From positions 1-46,798 of the forward strand of contig NIVC01004414.1 in the NCBI GenBank assembly GCA_002269645.1: 46,798 nucleotides of DNA, read 5' to 3'. Source of the stretch: Macrostomum lignano (Eukaryota). The notes beneath the pieces were generated by a model, which was given only the letters and a program-made list of their open reading frames with translations, was not told the origin of the DNA and did no database searches. Both the position numbers and the translations under genes were made by a program. This document shows, in pieces, positions 9,952-20,867 of this stretch (its first letter is position 1; each line of letters starts with the position of its first letter).

Positions 9952-11783
9952 TCAATTCAATGGCCTATTAAAATATATTGCATAGTTTTTTACTGCATTG
10001 CTAAATAGGCTTCCAGTCATTAATTGATTGGGGTCACTAAAATCCCAAGGTCCATAAATGCCCCTTAAAATTTGCAATGTTCTGCTAGAAATTGGAGGCC
10101 AGTTCATTGCTAAATCAGCCAGACACAATAAGCCTGAAGCAGTGCAGTGTGGCAATATATGGCAAGCACTACAATGGGTACATTGATGCTAGAACCTCAA
10201 CATTCTGCAGTACTTTGCAGCTATTGCTAGTAAAGCTGCTTCCATGAATTGCCTCCCTAGCAATGTGGCAGTGATGCAACCATTTGTCATACTCTGACTA
10301 TACTGATTGCATACCACAGTAAATGGTAGGGCCTATTTACCATTCCAGTTAGCAGGTGCAGTTTGGGCAGTGGTATAATTTTTAGTAGGCAAAGAAATTT
10401 TCTAGAAGACAGGGACATACCAAATTTCCAAAGTTTTTAGCAGCTGCAAGCTTGGAGCCAGAAGCCTAGAAGTTTGCATGGATATCTTCGAGAAGCTTCA
10501 ATGTGCAATCTGCGCCCTTCTATAGCAGCTCATTCTTGTAGGCATCACACTAGCAGCAAGGATAAGTAGCACTGTGAGCCATGAGCCCTATTAGCATGTT
10601 GCACAGCTTCAAGTTGCTAGTGATAATAAATTTGCTTTTAAGACTGCTCAGCCTAGCTGCCCTCCATAGCAACTCCAGGTTTCAGTAATTTTCTTGAATG
10701 GCTAGTGCAATGACTACAATAAGAATCAATTTAACACAGGAGTGCTTTAGCCAACTGCTGCAAGAGTTGTTGCTACAGGCTGCCTGTAAAGGCTCAGGGG
10801 AGTCAGCATACCAGCTAGAATCGAACACAGACAGGCAGATCTTGAAGAACCCACCACCTCCATCAATGCCAACCTTGATCATATAGGTCAATGGGTTCAG
10901 TTGTCTTTCTTCAATAATATGCTGGAGAAGCAACTGAATATGCACACAAATAACAGCTAGACATGATTTTACTTGTGCCATAATTCCTTGCTCCATGTTG
11001 ATGAAGTCTAACTGTTATAGTTCAAAAAAGTTGTTGAGCTAGTGGTGAATATCAGATAGCTTTTGTTGGAGGTGCAATTCTGCAGCTGTTTTTGAACCTG
11101 ATGCTGCTCTGATATAGTGAGCCAGCTTCAGCATTGTATGTGTGCTGAGGCCCATATCTTGCTGAATGCCCACCATAGCTCAGTTGCTATGGTTGCTTTG
11201 ATGTACTCTGAGCTGGTTCCACTTCATGTAAAAGCTTCCTGCATTATGTGCCCTTGTAGCAGGAGTAGAGACGTGGGATTTTCCTCAATTTAGCTGTGAC
11301 AGGCATTTCATATAGAGTTTCATGCTGACTTGGTATGCACCAAGTTTTTGACACAGTACTAGGCAGCTTGCAACCAAACCTACTTTGACTGTTAGCACTT
11401 GGCCTTCCTTGTGGTCGCCAATTAACTGCTAGATAACCAAAGTTTGCAGAGCTTTCTCTAGCAGCTTGGCACACAATATAGTTGCATTGAGTAGCTGCTT
11501 GGCTTTGTGTTTGAGGAGGCTGGGCTCCAATCTTAGAGTGGTCAAAGTTGGGCAGCAGAGACAAAAAGTTGCCTTTCTTGTACTCTAGCAGCATCCTGTA
11601 CTTTGTACGCAGAGCACTTGGTAACCAATCGTCCTGTGTATTATAGCCATGCATCTTGAACTCTGAGATGACTGACTGCATGTGCTTATTTATCTGGCAT
11701 ATTTCCTTGCCTTTATGCATGCAGATGAGGCAGACAATGAGGTGAGCATCTTTGTGCATTATGGCACTGTTACTTTTACTCAT
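9952..11783 (-). pseudogene. Decayed DDE transposase, Chapaev-like (CMC group, related to the Transib/RAG1 fold)
   Basis: Fragments across stops and frameshifts: N-terminal H-x7-C-x2-C (HKDAHLIVCLIC) and C-x4-C remnants resembling the Chapa zinc finger; first catalytic D motif KVGIDGGGGFFKICLSV; second-D region S(N)LKLCNMLIGLMAHSATYPCC*C; IP(L)P(K)LHLLTGMVN; HGSSFTSNSCK. Family assignment is from recalled motifs, not from a search. Confidence 0.7.
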
Positions 11784-13090
11784 AATTGCCTAACACTGAA
11801 TGTGCTAGATGTCAATTAAGGTCTTGGTTTCAGTGATGTATAGATAATATTAGAAATAGGCCTACAAGATATATAGATGTGGCAAAAAGTATGTTTTCTA
11901 AAAATGCTTAGCCATCTGAAATTCATTAACATTTCAATTTCTAGGACTAAATAAATCATTCTTGCAATTTTTGTTTTGGACACCTTTTAACAAAAGGTGC
12001 AATTGTTTCATCTAGACCTTAAATAAATGTTTTTGCATAATAGTGTATATTATGACTAAAATTGATTCCCCTTTAGCCATTCTTAATGTAACCTTGAATC
12101 ATGTTTTTGTTTTCTGTGATGATATATCTCATAATATTCAATAGATATATAGTAGCAAAAAAGAAATATAATATTTTATAAATGTAAATATATAATACAT
12201 ATGCACTGCAAATTTAGATTAGCAACTATATTTTACAGGTAAACATAATTAAGACCCTATATAATATAAAGCAACTTAGATAATCCCTGTCACATTGCAT
12301 AAAAAATGTTTAAGATAAATCAAGTGCTAAGAAGGATATTTTGGCAATGTCACATTGAACATTAATAAAATAGCTGTCAAATAGGTCCTTAAAAGTAATG
12401 CTATACATAAGCAATAAAAATGTTTGCAATACATTCTTCATGCATTTCTTATGTAGTAAATGATTTAGTCATGCATACAATTGCAAATAACTAATCTAAA
12501 GTAAGTCCAAAAGTGTGCATAACAAAATGTTTATACAAATTCTGCAGAGGGTGAAAGCAGAATGTTGTCTAAACAATAAACCAGAATAGAAGAGAATAAA
12601 GGAGGTCATTAACACCATAGGCTATAGATATGGCAAAGTTATATTATAAATAATTCTTATATAGTGCTTTTCTTTAGGCTTTGTTACCATGCTAAAATGC
12701 CTAAAGCACAGACCTACCAGACTATATCTATGAAAAGTGACTTTTCCTTTATAAATTAATTGATCTTGTAATGTATGAGTTAGAGGGGGGGGGGCAAATT
12801 CAATGGTTGTTAAAGTATTACCTATTTAGGATTTTTGTCTCATGCAGAATGTATTGCTTAATGTTAGGTACGAAAGCAATAAAATACATTATTGTGAAGG
12901 ATTTAGTGAATAAATGTTACTTCTAATACATGCATGCCCCAAAGCCAAGGCAGACGGACTTGGGACACTGTAATTCTCTTATCCATTTGCCTTGAAGTGG
13001 GACATAATACCTGGATTATTATCTAATTAGTTTCTATAACTGAAGGTATAGATATTAAATAGAAAATAAAAAAATACTCTGGGAGGAAGG

Positions 13091-13255
13091 ATGCACCTTC
13101 TAGAGGAGACGGCCAGATTGCACCAAAGCGACTCGGAGCTGCTCGACCTGTCTTGGATGCCGCACTGGGACCTGGACAGGCCCGAGGATGGCTGGCTGGC
13201 CTGCGGCAATGCCAATGGAGTTGTCAGTGTGACTAAAACTTGCGCTAAAGAAATG
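13091..13255 (+). CDS. TULP4: TULP4 (tubby-related protein 4: WD40 + SOCS box + tubby C-terminus), exon 1
   Basis: MHLLEETARLHQSDSELLDLSW...EDGWLACGNANGVVSVT resembles the TULP4 N-terminus (SDSNILCLSW...EGWLATGNGRGVVGVT). Phase-0 donor ATG|gtgagc. Confidence 0.9.
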
Positions 13256-13779
13256 GTGAGCACTCGATTGTTTTTTGTAGTAGCAAAATTATTGTTAGAG
13301 CAGTAAAATGAAAATTAAATTAGCATCCTCACCCTGTAGGGATGGCACCTCAGCCTCCATCCAGGCCGATAAACAGTAACTTGGTTTTCCTCTTGCCCAC
13401 TTGTGTTCTCTGATTGGCTGAGCTAAATTGGGCCTGTCCCATAGGCTGGGTTTCGTCCGTCTAACTTCGATCTCTCTCCTTACTGCTCTCTGATTGACTG
13501 AGCTAGATTGGGGCTGCCCCCTAGGCTGAGTTTCGTCGGTCTTGCATTCACTTGTGTACATCAAGTTAAATGCCTGCTGCTCATTCTTGACCCCTAAATG
13601 CTCCGAGGCCACAAACCAGGAAATTTTCCTGCCACATTAAATTTAAGTATTGCTGCGCTGACAAACTGCTAAAAAGAGTAGACGCTCTACACCGCTTGAA
13701 TTGCGAGTGTGACTTATATAGTTACCAAAGTATCTACGGGTTAATATTTTAAACAAGCATTCGCATCCGAACACTACAG

Positions 13780-14176
13780 TGGCCGCTAGATTGCGAAGCT
13801 AACGAGCGGCTAAACTTCAATTTATACGACTACGGCCGCGAGCCGTCGCCAGACAGCGGCATCTGCGTTGTCGAATGGAACGAAGTGCAGCGCCGTTTAG
13901 TAACTGGCTGCTCAGCCGGGGTTATGCACGTCTGGCTGAACTCCGAAGACGGCCAGCGCTGGAGTCTGGAGCTAATTAACGACCGGCCTAGCGCCAGCGT
14001 CTGCTTCCGCTGGTCCCGTTCTGGCAGCAACTTTCTGATGGGCTCTTTGGACGGCCTGTTATTGTGCGGCAATTTCTCCGATCATCAGCTATGGTCGTTT
14101 CTAGTTGAACTTGGCGATGCCGAGCCTAATCCGCCTCGGATTACGGCTGTCTGCTGGTCACCCGGCGACTGCTCTG
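13780..14176 (+). CDS. TULP4: TULP4 exon 2 (WD40 repeats)
   Basis: Acceptor ctacag|TGG and donor G|gtaagc. Encodes RLNFNL...VVEWNEVQRRLVTGC..GVMHVW...QRWSLELINDR..FRWSRSG, matching TULP4 INFNLRGH...VRWNEPYQKLATCD..GGIFVW...RWSVELVNDR. Confidence 0.92.
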
Positions 14177-14221
14177 GTAAGCTGGGAATCAGTCTTCGTT
14201 GCTATTTTTAGTTTTTGTAGT

Positions 14222-15711
14222 CTTTGTAGTTTTGGATTTGTGTAGGTTTATGTAGTTTTTAGATTTGGGTATGTGTAAGTCTTTGTAGTTTTAGATTTGG
14301 GTATGTGTAAGTCTTTGTAGTTTTAGATTTGGGTATGTGTAAGTCTTTGTAGTTTTTAGATTTGGGTATGTGTAAGTGTTTGTAGTTTTAGATTTGGGTA
14401 TGTGTAAGTCTTTGTAGTTTTTAGATTTGGGTATGTGTAAGTCTTTGTAGTTTTAGATTTGATATGTGTAAGTCTTTGTAGTTTTAGATTTGGTAATGTG
14501 TAAGTCTTTGTAGTTATAGATTTGGGTATGTGTAAGTGTTTGTAGTTTTAGATTTGGGTATGTGTAAGTCTTTGTAGTTTTTAGATTTGGGTATGTGTAA
14601 GTCTTTGTAGTTTTAGATTTGGGTATGTGTAAGTCTTTGTAGTTTTTAGATTTGGGTATGTGTAAGTCTTTGTAGTTTTAGATTTGGGTATGTGTAAGTA
14701 TTTGTAGTTTTTAGATTTGGGTATGTGTAAGTCTTTGTAGTTTTAGATTTGGGTATGTGTAAGTCTTTGTAGTTTTTAGATTTGGGTATGTGTAAGTCTT
14801 TGTAGTTTTAGATTTGGTAATGTGTAAGTCTTTGTAGTTTTAGATTTGGTAATGTGTAAGTCTTTGTAGTTTTAGATTTGGTAATGTGTAAGTCTTTGTA
14901 GTTTTAGATTTGGTAATGTGTAAGTCTTTGTAGTTTTAGATTTTGTATGTGTAAGTCTTTGTATTTTTAGATTTGGTATGTGTAAGTCTGTAGTTTTAGA
15001 TCTGGTATGTGTAAGTCTTTGTAGTTTTAGATTTGGTATGTGTAAGTCTTTGTAGTTTTAGATTTGGTAATGTGTAAGTCTTTGTAGTTTTAGATTTGAT
15101 ATGTGTAAGTCTTTGTAGTTTTAGATTTGGTATGTGTAAGTCTTTGTAGTTTTAGATTTGATATGTGTAAGTCTTTGTAGTTTTAGATTTGGTAATGTGT
15201 AAGTCTTTGTAGTTATAGATTTGGTAATGTGTAAGTCTTTGTAGTTTTAGATTTGATATGTGTAAGTCTTTGTAGTTTTAGATTTGATATGTGTAAGTCT
15301 TTGTAGTTTTAGATTTGGTATGTGTAAGTCTTTGTAGTTTTAGATTTGGTAATGTGTAAGTCTTTGTAGTTTTAGATTTGATATGTGTAAGTCTTTGTAG
15401 TTTTAGATTTTGTATGTGTAAGTCTGTAGTTTTAGATCTGGTATGTGTAAGTCTTTGTAGTTTTAGATTTGGTATGTGTAAGTCTTTGTAGTTTTAGATT
15501 TGGTATGTGTAAGTCTTTGTAGTTTTAGATTTGGTAATGTGTAAGTCTTTGTAGTTATAGATTTGGTAATGTGTAAGTCTTTGTAGTTTTAGATTTGATA
15601 TGTGTAAGTCTTTGTAGTTTTAGATTTGGTAATGTGTAAGTCTTTGTAGTTATAGATTTGGTAATGTGTTAGTCTTTGTAGTTTTAGATTTGGTAATGTG
15701 TAAGTCTTTGT
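14222..15711 (+). repeat. 31-33-bp minisatellite, ~45 copies, filling TULP4 intron 2; consensus GTAAGTCTTTGTAGTTTTAGATTTGGGTATGT
   Basis: Direct tandem repetition. Variants (GGGTAT, GGTAAT, GATAT) occur in blocks. Confidence 0.97.
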
Positions 15712-15887
15712 GCAATAGTTTTAGATGAGTAGGGTCTTTGTAGTTCTTGTCTGGTATATAGGTCTTTGTTCCAGCAAATATTAGTATTTTACTATTAGTT
15801 CTTTTAGTATACTTTTATAATAGGTTTTCGATTTCTTTCAAAGAAGCACTGCTACCGCACTCGCCCCCACCCCCCAATCTTCCACAG

Positions 15888-18067
15888 TATTTGTGGGCAC
15901 CGCAGCAGGCGAGATCATGGCTTATAATAGCGCCGGCCAGCATCCCATGCTTCATCGCATCCCCTGCGGCGGGGCCGTCACCGGCCTAGAATGGAACTGT
16001 CCGAAGTTTCAGCTCCACCTGCAGGGCGGCAATCCGGCCAATACAGTGGCCAGAGCCGCCACCGCCGCAATGGCTGGACACCGGCAGTCCCGGCCGCCGG
16101 TAGTAGCCGAAGAAGATCGACACGCCGACTGTCGCGGCTTCATCCTGGCCGTGGCTCTGTCGGACGGCCGAATTCGATTGTACGACGGCGGGCCAATGTC
16201 GGACTCAACGGACCCGGTAGTGTGCATTCTCACCGGTCTAGTTGGCGTGCGGATTCAGTGGAGCTGCAGCGGGGAATGGCTGGCGGCGGCCGGTTGGTCC
16301 TACTACGATCCCACCAGCCGGCTCAAGGTGCTGGTGTTCGACCGGGCTGGTAGACAACTAGCCGAGCGGTACTGTCAAGCGCCGGGCTTTTCTCCAAATT
16401 TTCGTCCACCCTATCCGCAGTTCGGCCTGGCCTGGGCGCATTCGGACAGGCGATTATTCGTGTCAGCCGGTAGGCGACTCTATACTATTCGAGTCAGCGC
16501 CCAGGTTGCTCCCCTAACGGACCTGTGCGCCCGGGCCTGTCCGAGGCAGTTCGCCGCTCTGAATGCGCCGGCGCCGCTTCGACGCCTGGTTGAATCGGCC
16601 TGGCTGCACACTCTGCGCGGGGTGCTGCCTCCGCTGAGCGTTGACGGGCTTCGAGAGTTCTGTTCGAGACCGGCGCCAACCCGACTGCACTGCACACTGA
16701 GCCGGTGCGGCCGGCCGCAGGACGAGGCCGGACTTCGCTACGTACTGCAGCTCGAGTACCTGGGCGGTTTAGTTCGCCTATTAGTCGCTCGTCGGTGCGG
16801 CAAACTGAGACCGGACTTTCTTATACTCGATCCGGAATTCGCCGACGATTATTTAGACTTTCCGGACGTTGACTGCGACTGCGACACTGGCAGGGAGCTG
16901 CTGGAGCAGCAGCAGCAAGCGAGCAATGATTCGAATGTTAACGATGAAATTGTCGAGGCATTCGAAGAGGAAGAAGATGATGGCCCTGTAGACATTGGCT
17001 GCGCCTCGCCAAAATCGAGGCGTCGTCGGCGTTGTCAACAATTGTCGACGCCTTCGTCGTTGTTGTCATCGTCGGCTGTCGCAGCCGGCAAAGCTCATCG
17101 ACAGTCGCAACAGCAGCAGCCGCCTCCGGGCCCAGGCCTGCTTCGCGTGTCGGCCAATCTCTGGGGCACTCGATTCGGGTTCGTTGGCTTGCGCTCCTGC
17201 CTGCCCAGGGACGCCGGCTCTGTGGATTATCGGACCTCCTTTCTGCACATGGAGCCGAGGCGGCTCACTCTGCGTCTGGTTGAGCTCGGCTCCTCGCCTG
17301 CTGCCGCCGCTTCGTTCGCCTCTGCCTCTGCGACCGCGGCAAATCCGTCTACGGCATCGGCAGCTTCCGACATCGGCCCGTCATTGCCGCAGGTGAATCC
17401 TAGACGGCACGGACGAGTGTTCAGCGACAATTCTCCGCCATTGACCTCGCGTGGCTGCGGCGGCAACGGCGGCAGCCTGTCAGACCTGCGGCACATCGAC
17501 TCGGAAGACGAAACCGACGAGCAGTCAATGCCGACTGCCTTGGCCGCCAAGGCAACTATTTCTCCGGCCATCGCTGTCCTTGCTTCCTCCGCCGGCGGCC
17601 CGTCGATGATGCGACAGTCGGCGCCGAGCACACCGTCGGGCACGTCGGCGGTTGTCTCCGCTGCCGCAGCTCAGCCGCCAACCTCTTCGATTCCGTCATC
17701 GCGTCCGGCTGCTTCGGCAACCACGGCTACGCGTCGACTTCGACAAAGGCGAATCGGCGACTCGTCCGGCCAGTTGGCGAATTGCAACGCCGGCGCTGCG
17801 TCGGCCGCTCCGCCCGGCCCGCGAGTCTTTGTTATGACTAACAAAGAGCCGAATTGGAACGAAGCAAATCACGTCTATCAGTTGGACTTTCACGGCCGGG
17901 TCAGTCTGCAGTCGGCGAAGAATTTCCAATTGGAATTGGACGGCCAGCAGGTGTTGCAGTTTGGTAAAACGTCCGACTCCAGATTCTCGCTGGACTTTCA
18001 GGCGCCATTCTCGCCCGTGCAAGCCTTCGGTTTGGCTCTGGCTAATCTCACCCAGCGGCTTAAGTGA
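15888..18067 (+). CDS. TULP4: TULP4 exon 3 (WD40 end, SOCS box, low-complexity linker, tubby C-terminal domain)
   Basis: Acceptor ttccacag|TA is phase 1 and matches exon 2. SOCS-box-like VAPLTDLCARAC...LNAPAPLRRLV. C-terminus VMTNKEPNWNEANHVYQLDFHGRVSLQSAKNFQLELDGQQVLQFGK...FSPVQAFGLALANLTQRLK is the characteristic TULP4 end. Spliced CDS 165+397+2180=2742 nt, 913 aa. Confidence 0.96.
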
Positions 18068-18173
18068 CCTCGGCGCGCTTTAACTCATCTGATCGGCCTT
18101 AGTGTAGACATTCTGGCTTCAGCGAGCCTATAATAGCCCTCACTTCATCTAGATGCTTAGTATGGTTTTTGGC

Positions 18174-18969
18174 AGGGATTAGATTGTAGGGATCAGATGG
18201 TAGGGATCAGATTGTAGGGATCAGATTGTAGGGATCAGATGGTAGGGATCAGATTGTAGGGATCGGATTGTAGAGATCGGATTGTAGGGATCAGATTGTA
18301 GGGATCAGATGGTAGGGATCAGATTGTAGGGATCGGATTGTAGAGATCGGATTGTAGGGATCAGATTGTAGGGGATCAGATTGTAGGGATCAGAATGTAG
18401 GGATCAGATTGTAGGAATTATATTGTAGGATTCAGATTGTAGGAATTAGATTGTAGGGATCAGATTGTGGGGGATAAGGTTGTAGGAATCAGATTGTAGG
18501 GATCAGATTGTAGGGATCAGATTGTGGGGATAATATTGTGAGTAAATTGTGAGATAATATAGTTATCAGATTGTAGGGATCAGATTGTAGAAATCAGACT
18601 GTAGTTATCAGATTGTAGGGGATCAGATTGTAGAAATCAGACTGTAGTTATCAGATTGTAGGGATCAGATTGTAGAAATCAGACTGTAGTTATCAGATTG
18701 TAGGGATCAGATTGTAGAAATCAGACTGTAGTTATCAGACTGTAGTTATCAGATTGTAGGGGATCAGATTGTAGAAATCAGACTGTAGTTATCAGATTGT
18801 AGGGGATCAGATTGTAGAAATCAGACTGTAGTTATCAGATTGTAGGGATCAGATTGTAGGGATCAGATTTTAGGGGATCTGATTGTAGGGGATCAGATTG
18901 TAGGGGATCAGATTGTAGGGGATCAGATTGTAGGGATTAGATTGTAGGGATCAGATTGTAGGGATCAGA
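18174..18969. repeat. 14-bp minisatellite (GGGATCAGATTGTA)n, ~55 units, with an internal ~43-bp trimeric higher-order unit
   Basis: Direct repetition starting ~110 bp after the TULP4 stop. The trimer GATCAGATTGTAGAA-ATCAGACTGTAGTT-ATCAGATTGTAGG recurs over ~18560-18850. Confidence 0.96.
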
Positions 18970-20333
18970 AATAATTTAAGTTGCTGGGCTGCTTCAGATA
19001 TAATTGTAGCTGCCCTATGAAGAATCTATTAAGCGTTGATTCTCGAAATGAATTGAATAAGCAGGTCCTGCTTCTGGGGAAGATTTTGTGTTTCTGCCTC
19101 TGCTCCAAATATTTTTTGGTCAATTATCAGTCTGTGTGATTAATTCTGTAGCTGATTGCACATATTTTTGTTGTATTCTAAACACGAAAGGCCTACAATG
19201 TAAAATTAAGTACTTGCACTCAACCGAATCTGTTTTGTATATAGGTACATGTGGTTAAAATATCTGTGCCCCTTTTCCGTTCTCCGATAATTACTACTGA
19301 TATTTTCGCCTAAACTACTGTTAGTAAAAAAAGTAGTAATAAAGGCATGCTGCTTAAATTTTATTAAATTTTTATTTCGTTCTTGCCCGCTTATCGGAAT
19401 AGGGAAATAAAAGTGCATGTATAAAATGATAATTATGTAGCGATTAAGCACCGCTGATTGCATTTTATTGTTGAGTGTAGCAAACAGCCTAAGAGCTAAA
19501 TATGTCTTTTTATATTGTCAAGACTGAAACCTCCCTCCATTAGTGATAAGTGGTCAAATTGATTTTTTCATACTACGAGCGCATTAGCTGACTAATATTG
19601 TGTTTGTCTAGGCGCCAATGTTAATTAAAATATTTTTGTATCCCAAATTTTTCATATTTTAGAAATATATACATATAATATGCTATAACATATATAAGAC
19701 GTACTTTTAGTTCTACTATTAACGCAAGCTGTATTAAACTATTTGTAGTAGCATACCTTAGTGTTTTCAATCTATATGTAACGTCAACGGCCTATCAGAA
19801 ATGACCTAGTTTTATTAATTTTTATTAATGCGATTTGAAACATGCGCGTGGATTCAACTTACTCTACGAAACTGTTCGTGAAATTCTTGTGTGCGTTTTC
19901 TTTCTATCGAAATGTGTCAATAAAGTTGAATAACAATTGTAATTTACACTAAGCTAGTGAATGTTAACGCACAGGAAAAGTGTTCATTGACTTCGCATAA
20001 CTTTATTTCTTATTGGGTAAAATGCTGAGCATCACACTGCATCATCTACAGTTAGCCCGTAGTACGTTGTATATTATTGGTGGATATCGCCATAGTTAAA
20101 CTCACAGAGCTTCCACAGAATGGCGCGTCCACTCCAGGTACTACTTACGTGTAACTAACTATTAGTACAAGACCATTATAAAAACTCGCCTCATTTTTAA
20201 TGGCGGTGTCAACGAGCCTTCTTAAACGTTTTTTTCAATAAACTAATCTCACTTAACCTAAAGCAGTTTCATAATTTTTTTCTGGATTGTACAAATGGAT
20301 AATTTAGGCTTCTTTAGAGTAGCTTAGTTACTA

Positions 20334-20616
20334 GCCTATAGTAGCCTTGTGGTTAGAGCGTCGGACTCACGACTTGAAGGTCGGCAGTTCGATTCCCGTC
20401 CCACAGGAAAATTTGTATCCTTTAGCAAGACACTTAAGCAGTTCACCTCAGCTGTAAAATGGGTGCCAGTATTAGCTGGGGTAATTGAGGCTGTGTGTGG
20501 CGACCCCCCAGTCCTTGGACTGAGCAGCCGTACGCAGCCTTTAGATGTGCCGCGCGATAGCTGCGGCTGAGCTGTCGGTTGAACATCTTCCCGGGCAGGT
20601 GTAATCATTATTATTA
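20334..20616 (+). mobile_element. tRNA-derived SINE with CORE-like central region and (TTA)n tail; 10-bp target-site duplication
   Basis: A-box-like TAGCCTTGTGGTTAGAGCG and B box GTTCGATTCC; central TGTATCCTTTAGCAAGACACTT...AGCTGTAAAATGGG resembles the MIR/CORE motif. Flanked by TTAGTTACTA at 20324-20333 and 20617-20626. A second copy is at 39154-39445. Confidence 0.88.
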
Positions 20617-20626
20617 TTAGTTACTA

Positions 20627-20660
20627 CTAGCAATCTAGCGCCCCCCTTCGGGGTGGCCAA
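20627..20660 (-). mobile_element. Probable Helitron 3' terminus (GC hairpin followed by CTAG|T)
   Basis: Minus strand reads GCCACCCCGAAGGGGGGC-GCTAGATTG-CTAG|T, i.e. a hairpin ~10 nt before a CTAG end inserted before T. The 5' end is not firmly located; a candidate is A|TCTATCTATC at ~21305. Confidence 0.5.
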
Positions 20661-20867
20661 TAAGCAAGGGACGAATCCTTTAAAATGAAAAAAAATTCTT
20701 AGGGAGGGGGCTAGGAATCGAATTCTCATTTTAATTCCAGGCTTATGTACCAATAAAACATGCTTGTGCAGAATTTTATAACAGACATTGAAATTCAACC
20801 ATACTTGCCTTCTTTCAGAGCTACTTCTACCAGTATGCTTCAGTACGCTACCAGTACCCTTGTAAGC

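Noticed and set aside
8982-12972. RAG recombination-signal-like heptamer ends (CACGGTG / CACTGTA) as proven terminal inverted repeats
   Set aside because: The match is only 7 of 9 nt, does not extend inward, and has no clear target duplication; kept only as a weak hint.
15991-18022. Overlapping and antisense ORFs within TULP4 exon 3 (likewise 1454..1999 opposite TTLL4 and 4306..4569 opposite the SNAP-like gene)
   Set aside because: These are expected shadows of GC-rich coding sequence and have no recognisable domains.
1-18067. Functional cilia/trafficking gene cluster (TTLL4, SNAP-like, TULP4)
   Set aside because: Three neighbouring genes with loosely related roles are not evidence of a cluster, and nothing in the sequence shows shared regulation.
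20341-20410. tRNA gene (also at ~39375-39441)
   Set aside because: A and B boxes are present but there is no proper acceptor stem, and both continue into a shared SINE body and tail.
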